64,000 bases of DNA from assembly GCA_001791995.1 (NCBI GenBank), contig MGFR01000003.1:89543-153542 (forward strand). The letters run 5' to 3'. The first letter of the stretch is position 1; the number at the start of each line of letters is the position of its first letter. The position numbers and the translations under genes were made by a program. Of the stretch, positions 48,236 to 55,121 are shown one piece after another. Below the pieces are notes generated by a model. The model was not told the origin of the DNA and did no database searches. It saw only the letters and a list, made by a program, of their open reading frames with translations. This DNA is from Candidatus Woesebacteria bacterium RBG_13_46_13 (GTDB taxonomy: Bacteria > Patescibacteriota > Microgenomatia > UBA8517).

Positions 48236-48262
48236 TTCCATAAAAAAAGCGCCCTCCGGCGC
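48236..48262 (-). terminator. Intrinsic terminator (AAGCGCC-CTCC-GGCGCTT + T7) for the 49432-48494 gene
   Basis: Perfect 7-bp GC stem, 4-nt loop, followed on the minus strand by TTTTTTT. Confidence 0.7.
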
Positions 48263-48493
48263 TTGCAGTTGATTTAACTGATTAGCTTATTTACTTATAT
48301 ATCACCAAGTTTCCATTCAGTCAAATTTTATATGATTATCCTATTAGGCTTATCGCAGCTTCCCTATTAATCATTTAACTCCGATAAATAGATATCAAGC
48401 CGGACCGATTTTTTCACTGTGTATATTAAATACCTTTTCAAACACCAACATCCCAACAACAAGACCACCGGCAGGTCGTCTCATCCTTCTGTA

Positions 48494-49432
48494 CTATTGG
48501 GTAATAGTAATATTACCCGTGTCCAAACCAGTCCTGGCCGTACCAACACAGGTACTCTCGTTAGGGAAGTCGCCCGGCCAATTTTCCCAAGTATCATATA
48601 CAACTGGCCCGATACCATTTTCATTCTGGAATATTGTCACCCGTACGGTGTCTTTTGTATTCGGAGACCCAAAGTCGCCGGCTCGGAAAATCATCGAGTA
48701 ACCAGGTACACCATTCCACACGCCGTTGATAGTAAAGTTAACCGCGTCATTACAGCTGACGTCGTCTCCATCGAAAAAGTTTAACGCAGCAACATCGCTA
48801 CCATGAAACACTGATTTATCTAACCCTTCTACACTTACATTATGTAAGTTAACCTGAAAATCAGCCACAAGTGAATCATCGGAGTATTGATTTACCCAAC
48901 CACCAAAACTGACGTCGAACCAATCTTTGCGTTTAGCGCCTTCCTCTCCTTGTAGCAAATGGCCACCTCCATTAACGGAAGCAACAACAACAGGTGGGGT
49001 TTCGACCTCAAACCTTGTCCAGTCAAAACGCTCGTCCCTTTCGGCACCGAACACCATGCGAACTTCTACATATTCGTTTGCTGGAATTGTTAGGGTTTCA
49101 CTACTGTTGAACTCGCAAATATACGGATAAAGACCGTCAATTATTGCTGTGTTGTAATTTATTCCGCCGTTTTCTGCAAGTATCTGGGTAGTATCACCGT
49201 CAGTCCTGTACTCGAAACAGCTATAAAAGGCTCTTGTACTGATAAACTGTAAATCCGTTGTACCCACACCCATACTGAGCTGGTCAACATGTGCCCAGCC
49301 GTTTGTGCGATTAATATCGTTAGTGCTGGGTGTTACGGGGTTTACGTCAGCCTTAGTAATACCGGCGAACCCAAATACCAACGCCAAAACAAGTAACCCT
49401 CCAAGAACTCCTTGAATTATATTTTTTCTCAT
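48494..49432 (-). CDS. Secreted hypothetical protein
   Basis: ATG at 49432 preceded by GGAAGGAGGTGA. Signal peptide MRKNIIQGVLGGLLVLALVFGFAGITKA. No family recognised. Confidence 0.6.
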   Translation of the reverse strand: MRKNIIQGVLGGLLVLALVFGFAGITKADVNPVTPSTNDINRTNGWAHVDQLSMGVGTTDLQFISTRAFYSCFEYRTDGDTTQILAENGGINYNTAIIDGLYPYICEFNSSETLTIPANEYVEVRMVFGAERDERFDWTRFEVETPPVVVASVNGGGHLLQGEEGAKRKDWFDVSFGGWVNQYSDDSLVADFQVNLHNVSVEGLDKSVFHGSDVAALNFFDGDDVSCNDAVNFTINGVWNGVPGYSMIFRAGDFGSPNTKDTVRVTIFQNENGIGPVVYDTWENWPGDFPNESTCVGTARTGLDTGNITITQ

Positions 49433-49456
49433 TTTTTTCACCTCCTTCCTACACCA

Positions 49457-49480
49457 ATAAAAAACCGCCTCGACGGCGGT
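49457..49480 (-). terminator. Intrinsic terminator-like hairpin (ACCGCC-GTCGA-GGCGGT + T7) on the minus strand, immediately upstream of the 49432 gene promoter/SD
   Basis: 6-bp GC stem followed by a T-run on the minus strand. The plus strand has no T-run. Confidence 0.5.
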
Positions 49481-49657
49481 CGCTAACTACCAACAATGTG
49501 GTAAGGAAAGTTCATTGGTATAACTTCCTTTACCTATAGTCCTCTTTTTCCTTATCCTTGTCAATGACTTTGAAATTTGGCTTACAAAAAGTTCGGAACA
49601 AGTAATCGTAGGTCACCGCGCAAGGATGCTATAATCCTCCAAAAGGCCACCCTGTAA

Positions 49658-51145
49658 ATGAAATTGTCCAGTAAGTATTCTAACTTTATTATTTATTTGC
49701 TGATTGTTTTGTTATCCCTTGCCTATTTTTCTTTTTTTCTAAATAAGGGTCTTACCGTTTATGATGAGGGGTACATAGTTGAATCCTCATACCTGACTTA
49801 TCTTGGAAAAATTCCCTACAAAGATTTCTATTTTCAATACACTCCGCTGACAGCCTGGGTTGGGACTATCGTGTTTAAAATATTCGGGGTAGGAATACTG
49901 AAGCTCAGGTGGCTCGCGCTTGTTATCTCATTGGCTACGGTTCTTTTGGGATATGAAATTACCAAAGAGTTAGCGGGCAAAAAAAACGCACTTCTGATTG
50001 CTTTAGCGCTTATCGCATGGGGTTTCCCCCACGCAAATTTCCTTTGGCCTTCATCCTTAAGCCTGCTCTTCCTCTTAGTTACCACCTTGTGCTTCATCAG
50101 ATACAGCGAAACAAAAAACCTTCGCTATTTTTCGTTGGCGGGAATTGCCGTGTGGGGGAATATTTTAACCAAGCAGAATCTGGGCACAGTATCGCTCGTC
50201 ACATCTATAGTTTTTATACTCCTTATCTGTCGAGGGAGGTTGGTAAAAGGGTTTCTACATTTTCTAATACCGTTTATTGCCATCGCGGGCGTTAGCCTTT
50301 CTATCATCTTACTAAGTAATCCCGATTTCACGGGCATAAAGGAATTGTTTTTTCGCTCGCTCATGGCAGCTCGGGGGCAGACTTTATATTCTCCTTATCC
50401 AATGTTAAGTAAGTTGCCGAGTAATCTTGGTGAAATATTCAAGTGGGTTATAAAGACCTATCTATACTTAACACCAATATTCTTCATTACAATTCTAGGG
50501 TTGAGTCTTTTTATAAAGAGGAGCATTAAACCGCTTCTTGTGGGCATTTTTATTTCCTCGGTATTCCACTTTCTTCTAGTGGTATGGCCGACAGCCGATC
50601 TTGCCCATTTTACCTTTGGAGTTCCCTGTGTCCTGTTGGTCTTTATGGTTGCAACCCTAGTTTATAAAGGACCAATCAGGAAATTTGCCCTGCTATCAAT
50701 CTTTCTGTTTATACTCATAGGGTTTTATAAGACTTTATTTATGAGCTATTACACTTTCGAAACCCCTTATCTAAGGCTTAGAGATCCGGTGACTATAAGG
50801 GGAGAAACAATAATTGTTGATGAAAAATATAAAACTATTGTGGACTTTTTAAACGACAATAAGGATGGTCTTTTTGTCAACAGATCGATATTTGTTTACT
50901 CATATGCCCCCATGGTATATTTCATCTTGGACAAAGAGCCGCCGACACGCGAGCTCTATACTGTAGAAAACTTGCTATCTAAGGAAGCATTGGTCAAGGT
51001 GGTAGAGGATCTGGGACAAGCGAAAACCGACCTCGTCTTATTAGAAACCTGGAGAGAAAAGGATTCTGACATAACCCGGCTTATTAGACAAAATTATCGA
51101 AAGATCGAGACGGTTTGGGATTTTGAGATTCTTGCAAGGAAGTAG
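49658..51145 (+). CDS. GT39/GT83-like integral membrane glycosyltransferase (PMT/ArnT-like)
   Basis: Multi-TM protein whose N-terminal loop carries the YDEGYIVESSY aromatic/acidic motif typical of the GT-C fold. 495 aa. Confidence 0.6.
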   Translation: MKLSSKYSNFIIYLLIVLLSLAYFSFFLNKGLTVYDEGYIVESSYLTYLGKIPYKDFYFQYTPLTAWVGTIVFKIFGVGILKLRWLALVISLATVLLGYEITKELAGKKNALLIALALIAWGFPHANFLWPSSLSLLFLLVTTLCFIRYSETKNLRYFSLAGIAVWGNILTKQNLGTVSLVTSIVFILLICRGRLVKGFLHFLIPFIAIAGVSLSIILLSNPDFTGIKELFFRSLMAARGQTLYSPYPMLSKLPSNLGEIFKWVIKTYLYLTPIFFITILGLSLFIKRSIKPLLVGIFISSVFHFLLVVWPTADLAHFTFGVPCVLLVFMVATLVYKGPIRKFALLSIFLFILIGFYKTLFMSYYTFETPYLRLRDPVTIRGETIIVDEKYKTIVDFLNDNKDGLFVNRSIFVYSYAPMVYFILDKEPPTRELYTVENLLSKEALVKVVEDLGQAKTDLVLLETWREKDSDITRLIRQNYRKIETVWDFEILARK

Positions 51146-51148
51146 TGT

Positions 51149-52027
51149 ATGCAAAAGACAAATCGTTCCAAAAACATTTGCCCGGTATGTAAAAACTCTC
51201 GTATAACCGAATACTGGGCTATGCCGGGCTATAAGCTGGCGAAATGTCCCAAATGCGAGACGGTTTGGGACAAGTTACCCCCCGAAGAGATCTCCGCTAT
51301 TTACGATAAAACCTACTTTATAAATGAAAACCCAAAGGGTGGTTACGCTAATTATTTTGAGGCGATGAGAATTAACCGTAAAACATTTTCGGGCAGATTA
51401 GAAAAAATCGAAAAAACATTGGGCAAAAAAGGCACACTTCTCGATGTCGGCTGTGCCTTGGGAGATTTTCTTGCCGAAGCTAAGACTAGAGGATGGAAAG
51501 ACATCCAGGGAATCGAAATTTCGCATTATGCCGTGGTTTTTGCCAGGGGAAAAGGCCTCAAGGTTAACGAGGGGGTTCTGGAGAATAATTCTTACCCACC
51601 CAACTTCTTCGAAGTTGTTACCTACCAAGACGTAATAGAGCATATTCCAAACCCAAAGGATGAGTTAAAGAAGGCTTACAAGATACTGAAACCCGGTGGG
51701 ATTATCTTCCTTGTTACCCCCGACGTGCGGGGTCTTTGGGCAAAATTATTAGGTCCCCTTTGGTATCATTACAAACCCCGTGAACACATACTCTACTTTT
51801 CTAAAAAGAGCATCGAGGTGGCGCTTGCAAAAGCAGGGTTTAAAAATATCTTAGTGAGAAATACCTATCATGTTTTTTCTCTCGAATATATTTTGAATCG
51901 CCTCCGCTATTACCAGCCTAATTTTTTCGAATTCTTATTGAAGATGGTAAGAAAGACCAAAGTAAAGAACCTCCCGTTTAAGCTCTACACTGGAGAAATT
52001 GAGGCCTGGGGACAAAAACTTCCTTAA
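51149..52027 (+). CDS. Class I SAM-dependent methyltransferase with an N-terminal zinc ribbon
   Basis: CPVCKN...CPKCETVW ribbon. Motif I LLDVGCALGDF. Motif post-I GIEIS. Confidence 0.75.
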   Translation: MQKTNRSKNICPVCKNSRITEYWAMPGYKLAKCPKCETVWDKLPPEEISAIYDKTYFINENPKGGYANYFEAMRINRKTFSGRLEKIEKTLGKKGTLLDVGCALGDFLAEAKTRGWKDIQGIEISHYAVVFARGKGLKVNEGVLENNSYPPNFFEVVTYQDVIEHIPNPKDELKKAYKILKPGGIIFLVTPDVRGLWAKLLGPLWYHYKPREHILYFSKKSIEVALAKAGFKNILVRNTYHVFSLEYILNRLRYYQPNFFEFLLKMVRKTKVKNLPFKLYTGEIEAWGQKLP

Positions 52028-52149
52028 CTTCTACCATATTATCTGAAGTGGTGTAACCAAAGAAGAAAGATCTGGTGGGGCGGAAGCGGGACACAAGCGG
52101 AGGTTATCCGTTTATGCGCGCTTACACGCCCCACCGTGCACCCGAGGTG

Positions 52150-52368
52150 CTACTTGCGAAAGAACTGCACCATGGCAATGAGCAGGATGGCGATGGCAGC
52201 CCAGAAGGCGAAGAACGGGATGAAGATGGAGAGCAATCCCCCACCTTCGACAACCGTCACCGTGGACTTCACGATCTGCGCCTCTTCCCAGGCGAAAGCC
52301 GCCAGGATTCCAGCCACCGTGCAGATGATCAACCAGCTCAACCTCTTGGCGATAAAGCCGGTAGTCAC
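52150..52368 (-). CDS. Small two-TM membrane protein (about 72 aa), hypothetical, GC-rich
   Basis: GTG start at 52368, 5 nt after AAGGAGG. Two hydrophobic helices. Perfect promoter upstream. The track ORF extends to 52446 across the promoter. Confidence 0.5.
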   Translation of the reverse strand: MTTGFIAKRLSWLIICTVAGILAAFAWEEAQIVKSTVTVVEGGGLLSIFIPFFAFWAAIAILLIAMVQFFRK

Positions 52369-52395
52369 GAGAACCTCCTTTTTAGGTGCGAAATT

Positions 52396-52446
52396 TGTCC
52401 TATTTAGGACATAGGATATTATACCCCCCACCCGCGAAGATATCAA
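52396..52446 (-). promoter_or_regulatory. Minus-strand promoter TTGATA-N17-TATAAT, with the inverted repeat TGTCCTA-N2-TAGGACA (52396-52411) over the predicted transcription start
   Basis: -35 at 52441-52446 and -10 at 52418-52423 (minus-strand sense), read directly. The IR is a candidate operator. Confidence 0.5.
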
Positions 52447-52453
52447 CTATAGG

Positions 52454-52482
52454 TTGATTTTTGGCCTTGACCGTGCTACAAT
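52454..52482 (+). promoter_or_regulatory. Divergent plus-strand promoter TTGATT-N17-TACAAT for the 52515 gene
   Basis: Read directly. About 33 nt leader with AAGGAGG 5 nt before the ATG. Confidence 0.45.
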
Positions 52483-52514
52483 TCCCCATTCGCTCTTTTC
52501 CATAAGGAGGAATC

Positions 52515-53045
52515 ATGGAGACCAAGCAGCAGAGAGTTGGTCGCGCCTTTTCCGTTCTGGCAATCATCGTCATGTTCGGGCTCGTGGTGGGTCTATCCTG
52601 GAGTGATCTGGGGGAGAAAACCTCGACCTTTTCGGTCTGGATTCCCGCCCCAGAGCCTCCGGAAGAAACCGCCAGACTCCTGGCGCGTTGGCAAAGTGAA
52701 GGTGGGCTGGAGTGGTCAATAGAGGAGTTCCTATCCTTCACTCCTCACCCCGCCTTCGTTTTTCCCATGGAGGATGAATTCGGCAGGGAAGTACTAACCT
52801 ACGTGGGAGAGTTCGGACCTGATTACCCGCTGATGTTCGCTCGGGGGTTCATAAGGATGCCTTTCAGACACTACGTGAACTATCCCAACCATCAGTGGAA
52901 CCTTGAACCTGAAGGGCCCAGAGGAGCCAACCTGATCCTGCATTCGTGGGGCTACGGTTTCCTACCCTGGTCCCTGGCGGTCATCCTGATCTGTATCATG
53001 CTCTACGGCTGGTACCGGATCCGCCTCTGGCTGAGGAGCCTCTAA
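52515..53045 (+). CDS. Hypothetical membrane protein (N- and C-terminal TM helices), GC-rich
   Basis: Strong SD. Helices AFSVLAIIVMFGLVVGL and LPWSLAVILICIMLYGW. No recognisable domain. Confidence 0.55.
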   Translation: METKQQRVGRAFSVLAIIVMFGLVVGLSWSDLGEKTSTFSVWIPAPEPPEETARLLARWQSEGGLEWSIEEFLSFTPHPAFVFPMEDEFGREVLTYVGEFGPDYPLMFARGFIRMPFRHYVNYPNHQWNLEPEGPRGANLILHSWGYGFLPWSLAVILICIMLYGWYRIRLWLRSL

Positions 53046-53071
53046 TTCCCGGAAAGGAGCAATAAGCACCC

Positions 53072-53126
53072 TGAAGACGCAAGTCTTCCGACACGAAAGT
53101 GTTGAAAAAAGGGTGCTTTGCTTTTT
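53072..53126 (+). repeat. Copy A of a ~53-nt structured 3'-end element: two GNRA-capped hairpins (GAAGAC-GCAA-GTCTTC ; CGACAC-GAAA-GTGTTG), then A6-GC-rich-T6
   Basis: Shares a 24-nt identical core (TTCCGACACGAAAGTGTTGAAAAA) with copy B at 56292-56344. Sits 27 nt after the stop of the 52515 gene. Confidence 0.6.
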
Positions 53127-53193
53127 TAATTGAAGAACAAGGTTGCGCACCGGGTGGTGTTTCAGCGGTTAATCCGCATCGCAACCTTCTGAC

Positions 53194-53583
53194 CTACTTC
53201 CAGAACTCCCACCACTTCTTCGCCGGGATATTGGGGATGGCAATCATCCTCTTCCCCAGTGGGGGTGGGGCTGCCTTGCCGGAACGGGCTGCATTCTCCT
53301 GCTTTAGGAGCTCCCTGGACTTCTCCGGCAGAACCCCGGCCTCGTTGGCGTAGAAGCGGAACCAATAGGGCAGGGACTTGCGAATTCCTGCTTCCTGGCT
53401 GGTATCCACGACCATACGCCAGACGACCACCGTCGCGTCCTGGGGCATCAGCATCTGCTGACTCTTGATGAGGAATCCCCGAACCTCCCTTTCGACCTTG
53501 ACAATTGCCTGGTTTGCCACCTTCAACAGCACGTCTCTGTCCTTGCTGTCGAAGTCGAGCCAGAACTCCAAAGTCATGTCCAT
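53194..53583 (-). CDS. Hypothetical protein, GC-rich
   Basis: SD AAGGAGG 6 nt before the ATG at 53583. 129 aa. No family recognised. Confidence 0.5.
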   Translation of the reverse strand: MDMTLEFWLDFDSKDRDVLLKVANQAIVKVEREVRGFLIKSQQMLMPQDATVVVWRMVVDTSQEAGIRKSLPYWFRFYANEAGVLPEKSRELLKQENAARSGKAAPPPLGKRMIAIPNIPAKKWWEFWK

Positions 53584-53669
53584 CGCCGGCCTCCTTTAGG
53601 GCTTAGGGTATGAATTCTGGAAATTGTGAATGCGCGAAAAGACGGCCTATTTTAACACAATTAGACCAT

Positions 53670-54311
53670 TTATGAAGTTTTGAGGTAGGAGATAAGCTTG
53701 ACCGCTATTATATATAGAACGGCCGGAACAGAGAAAATGTAGAAAATCACAAAAGGGAAAGAGCGGGAATCGCTACCGATAAAGAAGGAATGCACCGCAA
53801 CCAACAAGAACACCGCATAATTTAGGATGTGGAACTTTCTCCAGTTTTCCCTCCACCAGGGCAAGGTTCTAAGTTTGGCTGCCAAAACAGCCGCCGAGAC
53901 CAGCCAAAACGATAGTCTTCCAAGGGTATAGAAAAATTCCGGGCGGGTTTTACACATCAGGCAAAAATCGGTAAAAACATAAAAGGGATCAATGACGTGC
54001 CTGGCGATGTAGTTAAAGACCAAAAGAGCCAGGGGGTGAAGAAGAATTAGACTATAAGCCACTGCCCCTTCGGTCAGGTGCCATTTAAAGACCCAGGCTC
54101 CTAGCTTCTCTATCCATTTCTGCATAAAAGAGCCCAAAACAACCTGCCAGAAAAGAAGGACAAAGGCCACTAGCCCCACAACTCTTTGGATAAGATTCAC
54201 AACAAGCAGGTTGTTTAAAGGAACGGGAGATCTAAGAATAAAAATCAAAACGGTAACCGGACCAAGGAGAATGGATAGAAGCCAGACAAGAAGAAAGAGC
54301 TTTTTGTTCAT
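53670..54311 (-). CDS. Six-TM membrane protein with a bis-heme His pattern like ferric-reductase/MsrQ-type transmembrane domains
   Basis: His pairs spaced 13-14 residues apart in predicted TM3 (WHLTEGAVAYSLILLH) and TM5 (FHILNYAVFLLVAVH). Codon usage is AT-richer, matching the host. A TATAAT sits 7 nt before the ATG (leaderless-like). Confidence 0.5.
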   Translation of the reverse strand: MNKKLFLLVWLLSILLGPVTVLIFILRSPVPLNNLLVVNLIQRVVGLVAFVLLFWQVVLGSFMQKWIEKLGAWVFKWHLTEGAVAYSLILLHPLALLVFNYIARHVIDPFYVFTDFCLMCKTRPEFFYTLGRLSFWLVSAAVLAAKLRTLPWWRENWRKFHILNYAVFLLVAVHSFFIGSDSRSFPFVIFYIFSVPAVLYIIAVKLISYLKTS

Positions 54312-54324
54312 TGAAGTAATTATA

Positions 54325-54368
54325 ACAAAAAAAGAGCCTGATCTTTGGCTTATGCCTCAATCAGGCTC
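54325..54368 (-). terminator. Intrinsic terminator (GAGCCTGAT...ATCAGGCTC 9-bp stem + T7) after the 54932-54375 gene
   Basis: Read directly. The T-run is on the minus strand. Confidence 0.65.
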
Positions 54369-54374
54369 CTACTC

Positions 54375-54932
54375 CTAGTACGACAACTCGTCCCACAGGG
54401 GACAGCGAGGAATATACCTCCATCTCTCCCCTTCCTCGAGCCGGCGAACGAAAGCGAACCCGCGGCATTCGAGACCCGGGAAAACAATGAGGTCGGCAAT
54501 GAACGCCTCGTGGTTATCCTCACGTTCGGATTCGGCGACGGCATAGGAAAAGCGCCGGATGTCGAAGACATACTCCTTTCCGACTCTGTCGTCGTAGGCG
54601 TTCATGCTGACATCCCAACCGCTATGAGCCAGGTCAAGCGTGAACATGACCTTGGTAGTACCGTCGAAGGCTGTAGGCCGAAATCCCAATCTCAACCTTC
54701 CGTGCCACCGCCATTCCGGGGCCAGTATGTGCGTAGAATCGAGAGAAGCGAAGAGTCCGAAATAGTACGTTTCTCTCCACATCTCTTCGGTCCTCATCAC
54801 ATCCGGCTGTATCGCTGTAATCAATCCCGGAAAGGGACTCTCCCACCCCTCGTGTACGGGTACGTCCGTGTTGGGGAAGAAGGCGATGATGACGACAGCC
54901 AACGGAACGATCCAAAGCAGATGCTTTTTCAT
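54375..54932 (-). CDS. Secreted hypothetical protein, GC-rich
   Basis: SD AGGAGG. Signal peptide MKKHLLWIVPLAVVIIAFF. 185 aa. Confidence 0.55.
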   Translation of the reverse strand: MKKHLLWIVPLAVVIIAFFPNTDVPVHEGWESPFPGLITAIQPDVMRTEEMWRETYYFGLFASLDSTHILAPEWRWHGRLRLGFRPTAFDGTTKVMFTLDLAHSGWDVSMNAYDDRVGKEYVFDIRRFSYAVAESEREDNHEAFIADLIVFPGLECRGFAFVRRLEEGERWRYIPRCPLWDELSY

Positions 54933-54964
54933 AGCTCCTCCTTTGATTTTGTAAGAGTGCGACT

Positions 54965-55006
54965 CTAGGATAGCGATATTATAGTCCTAGGTATATGAAA
55001 TATCAA
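54965..55006 (-). promoter_or_regulatory. Minus-strand promoter TTGATA-N17-TATAAT for the 54932 gene. The inverted repeat CTAGGA-N14-TCCTAG (54965-54990) brackets the -10.
   Basis: -35 at 55001-55006, -10 at 54978-54983 (minus sense). The IR shares the TAGGA/TCCTA half-site with the 52396-52411 IR. Confidence 0.5.
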
Positions 55007-55037
55007 ATTATAGGCTTAGACCTAAACATACAAATTC

Positions 55038-55066
55038 TTGCTAAATTTGAGGCTATAGGGTATAAT
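55038..55066 (+). promoter_or_regulatory. Plus-strand promoter TTGCTA-N17-TATAAT for the 55122 gene. The leader contains a small hairpin TCCGC-TCGG-GCGGA (55074-55087).
   Basis: Read directly. Back-to-back with the minus-strand promoter. Confidence 0.5.
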
Positions 55067-55121
55067 ACTGGCATCCGCTCGGGCGGAAATTCGCACTTTT
55101 CAATACTCATCAGGAGGAACT

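Noticed and set aside
52136-52414. 92-aa plus-strand ORF opposite the small 2-TM gene
   Set aside because: The minus-strand reading has a perfect promoter, an SD and two clean TM helices. The plus frame is a low-complexity antisense shadow.
53127-53193. Possible att site or tRNA fragment near copy A of the repeat
   Set aside because: No similarity to the tRNA-Val 3' half was visible. Copy A and copy B are better explained as a shared structured 3'-end element than as attL/attR.
54345-54968. 207-aa plus-strand ORF overlapping the secreted-protein gene
   Set aside because: The minus-strand frame has an SD, a signal peptide and a downstream terminator. The plus frame has none of these.
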